Positions 21,755-38,500 of a stretch of 64,000 nucleotides of DNA are shown piece after piece. A program made the position numbers and the translations under genes. The DNA lies in the NCBI RefSeq assembly GCF_009914755.1, contig NC_060930.1; one strand, 5' to 3'. The stretch is from the human T2T-CHM13v2.0 reference genome, Homo sapiens. Position 1 is the first letter of the stretch. Each line of letters starts with the position of its first letter. Below the pieces are notes generated by a model. The model was not told where the DNA came from and made no database searches. It saw only the letters and a list, made by a program, of their open reading frames with translations.

Positions 21755-23564
21755 CTAGGTCACACAGTTAATGGGTGGTACACTCAAGACTCAAAGCCCA
21801 GCAACCTGGCTTGATGTCCATGCTCTTAACCACTAACTAGACTGCCTGTATAAGGATGTAGTGCCTGTTAAAACATTAAGGAAAATCGATTAAAAAATTA
21901 ATAAACAATAGTACAAGCAGTACTTAGCTATATAGAAATCAAGAAAACAGTCATAGATGACATTGCTTTATGATCAACTAAATGAATCTATTAAGGTAGA
22001 GTCCTTCTGTTGCTAAAAATTGTCACTACTCTATCAGAAAAAAACACTGATAAACGATGTTGCTAATGTGCCTTATTTTGAAATACAAAAGAATCCCTAA
22101 ACTGACGCTACAAGTGACAGAAGTCCTAGGATTCTGAAAACGTTGATAAGGGGGCCAACAGAGAGCCCTTTCCCTGGAGCTGCCTTCTCCATTTAAAGAG
22201 CAGGGGTGGCTGGGCACGGTGGCTCATGTCTATAATGCCAATACTTTGGGAGACCAAAGCAGGAGGCTCGCTTGAGTTCAGGAATTCAAGACCTGCATGT
22301 ACAAAACAGCAAGACCCCATTTCTATTTCTTTAAAAAAAAGAAAGAGCAAGGGTTCCAGGGTTCTACGCTGCATCCTTTCCATTTCCATTCCTCACATAT
22401 CTTGCTTCCATTAAGGAACACAGGAGGATCGTGTCAATCGTAGGAAGCAAGAGTGCAATCACTGAGAAACCTGCAAGAACCTGGGCTACCAGGAGGAAAA
22501 GTATTTCCCCTACACATGCTTTTGTATGAGAAGCCTATATCCACTGGCTTCAAATATCCTGGCCTCCGGATTTCTCCCACGGGAAAAATGCTCACATCTA
22601 CTGAGATAAGAAAAAAATGTTCTGGGACCTGGCACCTTACAACTAACGCCTCCACGAGCACTGGACCCATACCTTTCCCTGCCACCTCATCTTCTTTCAA
22701 CTGAGACTTAAAACATATGAAAGATAAAAACTCCATTGAAACTAGACCAACCATGGAATTAAACATAGTGGGAAACGGGTCCTAAAGAGATAAAGTGCCT
22801 GGAACCATGATCTCCTTATTATCAATACCCTTTTTTCCTCTAGACCCAAGATCTTAAAATGAGCAAATTAGAAACAGACACAAGCGGGTCTAACTGTATT
22901 TGATGGCTGAGGGAAGAGCAGGCGAAAATCTTAAAAAATACTATCTCCTGATTGCTTATGGCCCACTCCCTCCAACCCTGTCTGCAGGTGGGTCATAGTC
23001 CAAAGACCCTATTTCCAACCCTGAGGTCCCACTGCAGGCAGTACTATGGCCTCACGGGAAGGAAGATGTATCCAGAAGAGAATGAGGTATACAACCATTG
23101 ATAGGTTCCTGGGATAAAAAGTTTGCTTTGTCGACACCAGCGTGGCCAATATGGTGAAACCCCATTTCTACTAAAAATACAAAAAGTAACCGGGCGTGGT
23201 GGCGGGCGCCTGTAGTCCCAGCTACTCGGGACTACAGGAGAATCGCTTGAACCCAAGAGGCGGAGTGTTGCAGTGAGCCAAGATCGCTCCACTGCACTCC
23301 AGTCTGGCGACAGAGCGAGACCCCGTCTTAAAAAAAACAAAACAAAACAAAAAAAAAACCTTTGCTTTCCCGCCTTCCAAGAGGAAGGGGCGCATCTCTG
23401 AGGAAACAAGCCCGGGGAACCCGCAGCCCGGACGGCATCCTCTCATCTACACAACCCGAGGACATCTCCCTCAGCTCCCAGAGGACGGCGGACCATGGTC
23501 AAGGTCCTCTTTCCGGCCTTTCACAACTCCAAGCCCCGCCCCACAAAACCCCCTGCAGTCCTAC

Positions 23565-23578
23565 CAAGTCACTCCCAT
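23565..23578 (-). CDS. MED20: MED20 coding exon 1 (MGVT-C), only 14 coding nt
   Basis: Minus strand gacgccATGGGAGTGACTTG|gtagga; strong Kozak context; phase 2 joins exon 2 to give TGT (Cys). Confidence 0.92.
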
Positions 23579-24122
23579 GGCGTCGGGCCAGGAAGGTGGC
23601 AGAATCACACAGTAGAAACGCAGGGTTCCCTGTCCGCCCACAGAAACTCCTTCAGTTCCCCAACACAACCTTCTGTCTCAGAAGGGACTCCGGAAATACG
23701 TAAAAACAGAGCGCCGGGTCCACGCCTTCCCCAAGGAATGGGGCGTGTCTCGGCACCCCTCGGTGACGCCTCCACTGACATCATCTGCGGATTCCCGCCC
23801 CGAGGTTTCTAAATCCAGACATTCCCGTTTGGCTGAGCACTCTAGGCCTACATCCATGAAGCTAGGAGAGCGACACTCAAAGACTGCACTATTGAGAGAA
23901 GCTAACGTTAAAGGCAGTGAATATATTCGGGAGTCCAGCTCCGGAACCCGGGAGCTCTTTTAGTGGGAGGGGCGGCGCTGATGGCGCTTCTGGCCTCCGA
24001 ATGCTAGGGGGCGCTGTGATCGCCGGGCGGCCTCTTGGGCGCTGGGAGTCCACCGCGCAAGCGCATCCTGGCCTTTCTTCAGTCCCCACGTGCGATCCTT
24101 CCCGGCAACTTTTTCGAGAAAA

Positions 24123-24390
24123 ATGCCCAAATTCAAGGCGGCCCGTGGGGTGGGGGGTCAGGAAAAACATGCGCCCCTGGCCGATCAGATCCTGGCTGGG
24201 AATGCGGTGCGGGCGGGGGTCCGGGAGAAGCGGCGGGGTCGCGGGACAGGAGAAGCGGAGGAAGAGTATGTGGGGCCCCGGCTGAGCCGACGGATTTTGC
24301 AGCAAGCACGGCAGCAACAGGAGGAACTCGAGGCCGAGCATGGGACTGGGGACAAGCCCGCGGCGCCGCGGGAACGCACCACGCGGCTGG
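24123..24390 (+). CDS. BYSL: BYSL coding exon 1
   Basis: aaaATGCCC start within ORF 24090..24407; donor CTGG|gtgagt; 268 nt. Confidence 0.96.
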
Positions 24391-25029
24391 GTGAGTGTCT
24401 GGGATGAGGTCCGAGGAAGACAGTGGCCAGTAGTGGGGCGGGGTGGGCAGCTAAAAAGTGTCTGGCAGGGGAATTGCTTCGAGTCAACAAAGGGGTCCGT
24501 ATTACACTTGCAAAGGAGACTGAACCCTGTCTAGAGCCCTCCGCGTCCACTCCTAGTTTTAGGCACTCCCTTCTAGACACCCCCGAAGTTAGGCCAACAG
24601 TAATCGATCGCGCCACTAAGTGCTCCTAGCATGTATCCATTGGTTTTGTAAATATTTATGGGATACCCACTACGAGCTTTGCGCTATGCTCGGAATTCTA
24701 TCGAATGTTTGGGTACAGAAGTAAACAACACAGGCACGTCTAACTTAAGGACCTTACAGTCAAGCCCAGCAGAGAGGCAATTAAGTAGACTCTTAGAATA
24801 ATATATTTCCATGATAAAGTATCGTTTCCCTGGTAACAATAGCATTGGTCTTGAGAAGCTTCTCCGATTGCAGCAGGACCTTTAAGCTGAGAACTGAAAA
24901 ACGAATGGGAAGTGTTATGAGCAGAAAACACATTGTTTAGCAGCCAAAGAGCGAGAGAGATGAATTGAAAGACGTCTGATGTTTTCTCACTAGGGAGGGA
25001 GTGTTGACCTCTGAGGTGCTTCATCCGTT

Positions 25030-27750
<2,721 letters not shown>

Positions 27751-27857
27751 TGGAGACAAAATGTCTGTTCCCCCTTATTTAGTGTTTATCACACACTGCC
27801 TTTGTTGTTAATGACCTATTGATACGTAGCATTATAGCTCCCCACTTGGATTATTAG

Positions 27858-28128
<271 letters not shown>

Positions 28129-28933
28129 TAGCCAGGATGGTCTCGGTCTCCTGACCTCGTGATCCGCCCGCCTTGGCCTCTCTAAGTGCTGGGATTACAG
28201 GCGTGAGCCACCGCGCCCGGCCTATTTATTTTTATTTATTTATTTATTTATTTTTTTGAGACAGAGTTTTGCTGTTGTTGCCCAGGCTGGAGTGCAGTGG
28301 CGCGATCTCGGCTCACCTCACCTCAACCTCCACCTCCCGGGTTCAAGCGATTCTCATGCCTCAGCCTTCCCAAGTAGCTGGGATTATAGGCATGCGCCAC
28401 CAAGCCCGGCTAATTTTGTATTTTTAGTAGAGACGGGGCTTCTCCCTGTTAGTCAGGCTGGTCTCGAACTCCCAATCTCATGATCCACCCGCCTTGGTCT
28501 CCCAAAATGGTGGGATTACAGGCGTGAGCCACCACGCCCAGCCAACTTCATGTATTTAAATGGACTGGTGGATTGAAATCTGAACTCTACTGCCTGAATT
28601 TAAAGGCCCTCCAGTCTGGCTTCACCTTTCCCACGTACCTAGCATTATTTCTTGCTATTGCCTAGGAGACTCTTATATCCAAGCCTTATTTTCTCTGCGT
28701 CTGGAACACACTCCTTCTGCTCCCAAACTGCCCATCCAGCTCCTAACTGTCCTCACCACTCATCCTTTAAGTGCATATGTTGTCTCTACTACTCATTGTG
28801 GCATATAATCAAACCCGAATATGTGTAGAATAGTGGTGAAGAATGCAGTCTAGACCCAGACTACCTGTCTTGGGCAAATTACCCAACTTCTCAGTGCTTC
28901 AATGTCCTCATTTGAAACTGGGTATAGTAATAG

Positions 28934-29245
<312 letters not shown>

Positions 29246-29467
29246 TGATCTGCCCGCCTCGGCCTCCCAAAGTGCTGGGATTACAGGCGTGAGCCACCGT
29301 GCCCGGCCACTTCTTGGGTTTATAAGGATTAAACAGTTAACATGGGTATAGTGTTTAGAAGTTCCTTCTACAGGCCGGGAACAGTGGCTCACGCCCTGTA
29401 ATCCCAGCATTTTGGGAGGCCAAGGCGGGCGGATCACGAGGTCAAGAGATCGAGACCATTCTGGTCA

Positions 29468-29698
<231 letters not shown>

Positions 29699-29933
29699 TT
29701 AACTATTATTTATGGCCATTGCTTTTCTTATTGTTTCCTGTATATACATTTTGTTTCTCAAGCATGATTGCAAGCCCCTGGGGACAGGGAGCTAATGCAT
29801 TTGTTTCACTGCACATACCTGCGTCTATCACAACCACATGTGAGGCCTGTACTACATAATGGCTAAAGTTAAACTGACGAAATCCCTCAGCTACCTTTTG
29901 CTGTGCTCATCCATTTAGTCTCCCCTCTTCTAG

Positions 29934-30096
29934 GTCCAAGAATGCCTCAGGATGGATCAGATGACGAGGACGAGGAGTGGCCCACCCTGGAGAAGGCTGC
30001 CACAATGACAGCAGCGGGCCATCATGCAGAGGTGGTTGTGGACCCTGAGGATGAGCGTGCCATAGAGATGTTCATGAACAAGAACCCTCCTGCCAG
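29934..30096 (+). CDS. BYSL: BYSL exon 2 ([22 protein letters not shown]...NKNPPAR)
   Basis: ctctttctag-type acceptor (tcttctag|GTCC); donor CCAG|gtaggc; 163 nt; overlaps ORF 29903..30100. Confidence 0.95.
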
Positions 30097-30464
30097 GTAG
30101 GCCTGGGGATTTGGGATAATGAGTCCTTGTAGAAAGTTCCCACAGGAAAACAAGTTCCCTGGCAGACTTATGATTCCCTACCTTTGGAAAGGGCCCTGGA
30201 GTTGCTAGCTGTAGGGGACCACCTTGACAAAACTGGCCCATCCTCAAAGGACCACTGTGAGTAGGAATGACCCAGCCTCAAAAAACATTGTGTCCTTATG
30301 TCCATTTGTTGTACAACTGCCCAGTTGCCAGGGAAACAGTTCCAGGCCCCTTTTACACCTCTGGGGAGAGCCATCCTATTGCATTTGGTTTTGGTATTCT
30401 TAGTTTTTTTAGCGGTAAGCTCAACTTCCTTGGACAAGTCTTCATATCCTAAGCTTCATTTAAG

Positions 30465-30682
30465 CCAAGGTTTTTCAACCTCAGCATTATTGACATTTTG
30501 GGCTGGGTAATTTTGTGTGTGTGTGGAGGCTGTCCTGTGCAGTGTAGGAGGTTTAGTAGATATCTCTGATCTCTACTTCTAGACTCCAGTAGCAACCTTC
30601 CCCCAGTTGTGAAAACCAAAAATGACATCAGACATTGCCAAATGTCCTCTGGGAGGCAAGACTGCCCCTAGTCAGGACCACT
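30465..30682. mobile_element. MER20 DNA transposon
   Basis: tcaacctcagcattattgacattttgggctgg...ggctgtcctgtgcagtgtagga...ccccagttgtga.aaccaaaaatg...cagacattgccaaatgtcc matches MER20 as recalled. Confidence 0.75.
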
Positions 30683-31927
30683 AATTTATTCCCATCTATA
30701 ATAAATGCTAGCTCCAAAACATGCAGGCATTTAGACTGCCTGTGGTCAAACTCCTGAGCCCATAAATTTTGGCCCTTGGGAGTGGAGTCTAGGATAAGGG
30801 TCCTCAACCAGTTCATTCTGACCCTGTGATATTAACATAATGGTGTCCCTGATACTTTAGGCTGTTTTGGGCTAATGCATCTCATTGCTAATCATACTAT
30901 AAAAGGACAGGGAGGCTGATAAATTCTGTGGCAGCTTATTTGAAAATGCAGAATGAAGAAATGAAAATGAGCCCCTCTCCCAGATTGATGCCTAACAGTT
31001 GAAATATATGTCATAAAGTATGTACTTGGGCTTGTCCCCCCAGAGAGCCTCTCAGGTTCTCACTCAGCACCTCATAACTCCTACTTCACTGATAATGCTG
31101 ACCAATTTAGCAGAATGCTTTTCCAGCTTGTAGTAAATAGAGTAGACAAGCTCCTTGAAGTAATCAGAACTCCTGGCAGTCGTAAGAAATGATAGCTGGC
31201 ATCTTCAGAAAGCAAGCCTAGATCCACATGAATTCAACAATCAGAGGCCATTTAGTTTGGGGGCACATTATAAGGTACTATAAAGCACCTTAACTCAAGA
31301 CTTCCAAAAACCTGAGTTTGACTCTTACCCCCACCTGACAGCTGTGAGGCCTTGGGTGAGTTATTAACCTGAGGCCCAGTTCCCATGTCTGCATAAGTTT
31401 CCGTGTCCTATAAGTGTTGCGCTGACTCTAGGACTGAAAAGTCCCAAACTCAGTGCCTGGCATTGAGTAGGACCTCAGAAAAGAGGAGCAGTTTGTTTTT
31501 TGTTTTGTTTTGTGACAGGATCTCACTCTGTCACCCACGCTGGAGGGCAGTGGCATGATCTCAGCTCACTGCAACCTCAGCCTCTCGAGTAGCTGGGATT
31601 ACAGGCACGTACCACCACGCCTGGCTAATTTTTGTTTTATTAGTAGAGACAGGGTTTCACCATGTTGGCCAGGCTGGTCTCAAACTCCTGACCTCACGTG
31701 ATCCACCTCCCTCAGCCTCCCAAAGTACTGGGATTACAAGCGTGAGCCACTGCGCCCAACTGAGAAGCAGCTTTAAATACATTTCAGTCTGGGCATGGTG
31801 GCCCAGACCTGTAATCTTAGCACTTTGGGACGCCAAGGCAGGAGCCCAGGAGTGTGAGACCAGCCTGGGCAACATGGGGAGACCCCATCTCTACAGAAGA
31901 ATAAAAAACTAGCTGGGCCTTGTACTA

Positions 31928-32098
<171 letters not shown>

Positions 32099-32691
32099 CT
32101 AGTATTATATGACAGCTCAAGGCGATGGTAATTCTGAATCATTAAGATAAGATTATGTTTGATACACCCAACAATACTGTTTAAGGAGGCTGAAAAGAAT
32201 ATAATCAGTCTTAGAAATATTTCCATAGATAACGCTTACTGTGTACTGACCATTCCAAGTAATGAACAGACATTAACTTATTTAATCCTTCCATTAATCT
32301 TTTAAGGTGGGTACCGTTATTATCCCTATTTTACAAATGAGGAAACAGAGGCATAGAGAGGTAAAGTAACATGCCCAAGATCATACCAGGGAGTGGGTGA
32401 GCCAGGATTTGAACCTGGGCAGACTGACTTCAGAGTTGAGGTTCATAATAACCTCCGTACAACTGCTAGCTTTGTCCTAAATGGAATGACTTTCAGTTCC
32501 TTTGCACCCTGCAGTGATTCTGTCTGTGGTGGATGAATGGGCACAGAGAGAGAACTCTAAGCTGCATATCCCAGCAGGATCGCAGTATGGCGGTGCTCAC
32601 AGGGGACTGTGGGGAGTCTGGAGCTTCCTGGACAGTGACCACAGTGCTCCTTGCCCCCTCTCTCCCCTCCTCTTGGCACTTCCCCTCTTAG

Positions 32692-32830
32692 GCGCACCCT
32701 GGCTGACATCATCATGGAGAAGCTGACTGAGAAGCAGACAGAGGTTGAGACAGTCATGTCAGAGGTGTCGGGCTTCCCTATGCCCCAGCTGGACCCCCGG
32801 GTCCTAGAAGTGTACAGGGGGGTCCGGGAG
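32692..32830 (+). CDS. BYSL: BYSL exon 3 ([18 protein letters not shown]...VYRGVRE)
   Basis: ctcttag|GCGCACC ... GAG|gtaaga; 139 nt. Confidence 0.95.
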
Positions 32831-33194
32831 GTAAGAGCTGAGAGGGGAGCCATGGTGGAAGACCCCTTTGGGGGCTGTGGGCTCCTGCCACAGGCTTTTT
32901 TGCCTTTTGCCTGCATCACATACTAAAGAAGTCATGGGAGTAGAAAACAGACCTAAGAGGCAGAGTGTGTGGGTTCAGATTCCTGCTCTGCCTGTAAATG
33001 ACTTGGCATCCTTGGGTCGGTTACTGGAACTCTCACTGGTCATCTGTAAAATGAGCATAATAATGGCACCTCCTTATAGGTTATTGTGGGGATGCAATGA
33101 GTTAATATATTAAAAGCACCCAGACAAGTTCCTAGCCCACAGCAAGCTTGCCATATGTGGATGACGATGATTGTTTTACCTCCCTCATCCCTAG

Positions 33195-33328
33195 GTATTA
33201 TCTAAGTACCGCAGTGGAAAACTGCCCAAGGCATTTAAGATCATCCCTGCACTCTCCAACTGGGAGCAAATCCTCTACGTCACAGAGCCGGAGGCCTGGA
33301 CTGCAGCTGCCATGTACCAGGCCACCAG
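33195..33328 (+). CDS. BYSL: BYSL exon 4 ([45 protein letters not shown])
   Basis: ccctag|GTATTA ... CCAG|gtagag; 134 nt; contains the conserved bystin motif [11 protein letters not shown]. Confidence 0.95.
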
Positions 33329-33522
33329 GTAGAGTAGCTGGGGGTTCGGGGGCCTTGGGTTTATAGGTGCAGGCTGAGTTTGGGACGGACAGGCTTTCCT
33401 TGCCTCTGGCCCCAGGGCATTTGAGCTTTGCCCCAGGGCCCTCTCTGTGCTACTTTATAGCATCATTTTTCTAGCTTTTCCTGTGTCATTTTTTGGGGCC
33501 AAGACCCAGTTAGCCAGTTAGG

Positions 33523-33632
33523 AACCCTCCGTGATGAATTTCTAGGGGAGAGGCTTTTATAGCTACTGGGATACAACCCTCTGTGATGAATTTCTAGGGG
33601 AGAGGCTTTTATAGCCACTGGGATACAACCCT
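33523..33632 (+). repeat. 52-bp tandem duplication in BYSL intron 4
   Basis: 33523-33574 versus 33575-33626 differ at 2 positions; the repeat ends in AACCCT microhomology. Confidence 0.93.
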
Positions 33633-33955
33633 GTAGCAGGACCCTCAGAAGTCTGTGACTGCCCAGGCATGCTCAGGGCTACTCAACTGATGCTGAGTAG
33701 CCATCAGTTTGCACGAGCTCTGGCTCTCCCACAGACAAACGGTGCTCCTCATTTGGGTATATCTCATTGCCCCTCCTATTCTCTCTCTAAGCTGATGGGT
33801 GTTGCATGCACACAGCTCCCACACATCCCCCACTGAAAGAAAGGTCCCATATTTTACTTTAAAACCTCTTGTATGCACTATCCATGGTGATATTTAATGG
33901 GCCGGGTCCAGACTGTCGTGTGAGTTGGAAACTTCCCCCGCTTAACTCCCACTAG

Positions 33956-34116
33956 GATTTTTGCCTCTAACCTGAAGGAACGCATGGCCCAGCGCTTCTA
34001 CAACCTTGTCCTGCTCCCTCGAGTACGAGATGACGTTGCTGAATACAAACGACTCAACTTCCATCTCTACATGGCTCTCAAGAAGGCCCTTTTCAAACCT
34101 GGAGCCTGGTTCAAAG
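33956..34116 (+). CDS. BYSL: BYSL exon 5 ([26 protein letters not shown]...KPGAWFK)
   Basis: cactag|GATTTTT ... AAAG|gtggga; 161 nt. Confidence 0.95.
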
Positions 34117-34287
34117 GTGGGATCCCAGAGGCACGGAAGAAAGGGAAGGGCTGGAGCTTCTATGGGGAACACAGCAGGCCTGGTGTGGGAAATTGCTAGC
34201 TGTCCCTGGGCTGGGTGGGAATGCTTCCTGCTGTAACTCCTTTTTCTCATCCTGGGCTCACAGTGGCTGCCCTTTGACTCTCCCTAG

Positions 34288-34390
34288 GGATCCTGATTCC
34301 ACTGTGCGAGTCTGGCACTTGTACCCTCCGGGAAGCCATCATTGTGGGTAGCATCATCACCAAGTGCTCCATCCCTGTGTTGCACTCCAG
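34288..34390 (+). CDS. BYSL: BYSL exon 6 ([34 protein letters not shown])
   Basis: ccctag|GGATCC ... CCAG|gtagta; 103 nt; phases consistent with neighbours. Confidence 0.95.
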
Positions 34391-34920
34391 GTAGTATTGC
34401 TGGGGGTGGAAGGGGGCTGGTCAGTGGATATCCAGATAGTGGAATTGCCAGGACTTGGGAATGGGCAGAGTGGAGAAGGAGCTAAGGAAAGCCTTGGGTT
34501 TGTGCTTGTTTAAGCCAATGAGTAGGTGTATCATTATCCCCCTCAATGTAAGTTGTGCAACAACAGGGCCCGAGTGCCTGGCATAAAGTAAGTTCTCAGT
34601 AAATAGATAAACAAATGAGTAGGAAACACAGGAAGAAAGTAGTTAGGGTGGAGACGTTGAGATGTTTGGACCATACTCTAGTTGGTTACTGAAACAAGCA
34701 GTCTATGCTAGAGATAGAGATTTGGGTGGATCCCTGTAGAGATGGTGACTGAGGTCAAGGGAGTATAATATGATTGTGTAGGTGAGAAGGTCCCTGGGGA
34801 ATACCATAGTGTAAGGGCCAGCAGAGGGGAAGAAAAAAAGGGGAAAGCATAGAGGGAGAAGTAGGATCCTTCTTCCAATGTTTTCCCTGCTTACTCTACC
34901 CCACCTCCCTTTCCCACTAG

Positions 34921-35266
34921 TGCGGCCATGCTGAAAATTGCTGAGATGGAATACAGCGGTGCCAACAGCATCTTCCTGCGACTGCTGCTGGATAAGAAGT
35001 ATGCACTGCCTTACCGGGTGCTGGATGCCCTAGTCTTCCACTTCCTGGGGTTCCGGACAGAGAAGCGTGAACTGCCTGTGCTGTGGCACCAGTGCCTCCT
35101 GACTTTGGTCCAGCGCTACAAGGCCGACTTGGCCACAGACCAGAAAGAGGCCCTCTTAGAACTGCTCCGGCTGCAGCCCCATCCACAGCTATCGCCCGAA
35201 ATCAGGCGTGAGCTTCAGAGTGCAGTCCCCCGCGATGTGGAAGATGTTCCCATCACCGTGGAGTGA
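34921..35266 (+). CDS. BYSL: BYSL exon 7 coding part ([31 protein letters not shown]...PITVE*)
   Basis: cccactag|TGCGGCC; ORF 34928..35266; TGA stop. Confidence 0.96.
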
Positions 35267-35577
35267 GGAAAACAGTCAGCTGTCCTGGCCAAAGGGGTTT
35301 GGAAGGACACCAAGACCCCCGTTGGTGACTGAAGATGACACTGAGCTTTAATGGCTGAAGACCCAGATCAGGGCAGTGACAGATCACAGGGACATCTGTG
35401 GCTCCCAGTCCAGGACAGGAAGGACTGAGGGTCTGGCTGGTTCCCTCTTCCATTCTAGGCCCTTATCCCTGTTTAGTTCTGAGAGCCAACTTGAGATACC
35501 ATATGCTAGCATTCCCAGTCCCCAGCTGGGGCTTGGTGTGAGTACTTTTTCTATGGCTATTGTGTCAGGTCACTGTG

Positions 35578-35583
35578 GATAAA
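35578..35583 (+). terminator. Probable BYSL poly(A) signal, variant GATAAA
   Basis: GATAAA followed about 30 nt later by GU-rich TGTGTTTGGTGT; no plus-strand AATAAA seen in the 3' UTR. Confidence 0.55.
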
Positions 35584-35904
35584 GGCAAAGACAGATATTT
35601 ATTGAACCTCTGTGTTTGGTGTAGTCAATGGAGGTAGGCATTACTCCTGTTAGTATTTGGAGGACGGAGGACATTCTTGTCCTGTTTATATAGGACCCAC
35701 CTCCCTTGATCTCCAAGCTTGTTTCTCCAGGCTGCACTCACCTTGTTAGCCCCCAGGGGACACATCCTCTGCCTTCCCCCATCACAGGCTACAGCAGCCA
35801 GGAGCAGGTTGTCCAAAGATGGTCGTGTCTCAGCAGTGGATGAAAGGACTACAAGAGAAAACTCCTTGGGGAAAGCAGAGATAAGAGTCAAGAAAGGCCA
35901 GAGA

Positions 35905-37430
<1,526 letters not shown>

Positions 37431-37512
37431 AGACCATTGACTTCCACCTCCTTACCTCATACAGTGCAGAAATAGACTTACCCACACACCAATCCAAGAA
37501 GCCAAAGCCAGT

Positions 37513-37535
37513 TTTATTTCACAATCATCTTTATT
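37513..37535 (-). terminator. CCND3 tandem poly(A) signals (AATAAA at 37530-37535 and 37513-37518)
   Basis: Two TTTATT on the plus strand about 1 kb past the stop; minus-strand GU-rich sequence (ggtgtgtggg) downstream. Confidence 0.8.
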
Positions 37536-38500
37536 ACAGTAGGATGATGGTCCTGGGCCACCAGCCTAAACCTTGCAGCCTTAGGAAAGACCTGTGTCAA
37601 CAGGGCTTGCCTCCCTCTCTAGACAGGGGCTCAGCCACCTCCAGGGCATCCCTGCTGCATTTTCCCTGCTGGAGGATGGGGCAGAGGGACAATGGGAGAG
37701 GAGGGCATGACCCCACCCCAGGCTATAGCAGCTCCTTGGCCACAAAGATCCTTTTGCCAGTAGCAGAAGGGAGGAAAACAGCAACCACCAGGGTTACCAC
37801 CACTTGTGGGATGGCCAGGACCCCATTATGTCCTCTTAAAGTTGTGCTCAAAGCAATTAATAAATTAAAATGAGCCTTCAGCAGCAAAGCTGTCAATCAC
37901 ACAGGAGAAGCTGAGCAGAAAGCAAAGCAAAGAGGAATTTATAGCTTCTCTGGCTGAGGCCTAGGCCCCTCCCTCTAGGAGCAGCTGTCAGCACGGACTA
38001 CATAGGGGCCTCCAAAGTACTGAGAGGAGCCATCTAGACTATTCCCCCTCATATGTGTCTATCATGCATTAAATTTTAGAGGGACCCCAATCCAAATGCA
38101 ATAACCCTAGAAGGGACAACACCTTTAGAAGGCACTAGAGCATTTTGGCAGTTGAAAACATGAGAGCCCCCAGGGGTGGGGGGGGGGCGTTCAAAAGGAA
38201 TGCTGGTGTATGTATCCAATTCTGTCCCATCAGCCTGGCCCACCCCCAGCTAGAGTTGGGAAAGGCGCTGCTGGTCAGATGCAGGGAGGAGGAGCTTGAC
38301 TAGCCACCGAAATGCAGACATGGCTGGCCGGGCCCCTTAGTGCACACTGCGGGGATGGGTAGGACCAGATCCCTTGGGCTTTGTGAAGGGGGAACAGACG
38401 CCCCTTCAGGCTTAGATGTGGTGTGGTTCCTGGAGGCAGGGAGGTGGGTGGCAGCGGCCCCTCCTCTGCTTAGTGGCCACTCCAGAGGGCCTCTCCAGGG

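Larger units (their letters stand above)
23360..24450. promoter_or_regulatory. Bidirectional CpG-island promoter of MED20 (-) and BYSL (+)
   Basis: CpG-rich; divergent ATGs at 23578 and 24123; ETS cores CCGGAA at 23690 and 23941; GC box near 23969; NRF1-like GCGCAAGCGCA at 24055-24065; E-box CACGTG at 24087-24092; no obvious TATA box. Confidence 0.9.

Noticed and set aside
33531-33696. Possible intronic C/D-box snoRNA (GTGATGA ... CTGA) in a ribosome-biogenesis host gene
   Set aside because: There is no convincing terminal stem or recognisable rRNA guide. The doubled box C comes from the tandem duplication, and the site is far from the typical position near the acceptor.
33937-33955. CTTAAC close to the BYSL exon 5 acceptor, resembling a U12 branch point
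   Set aside because: The intron donor is gtagag, not the U12 consensus RTATCCTT, so this is an ordinary U2 branch point.
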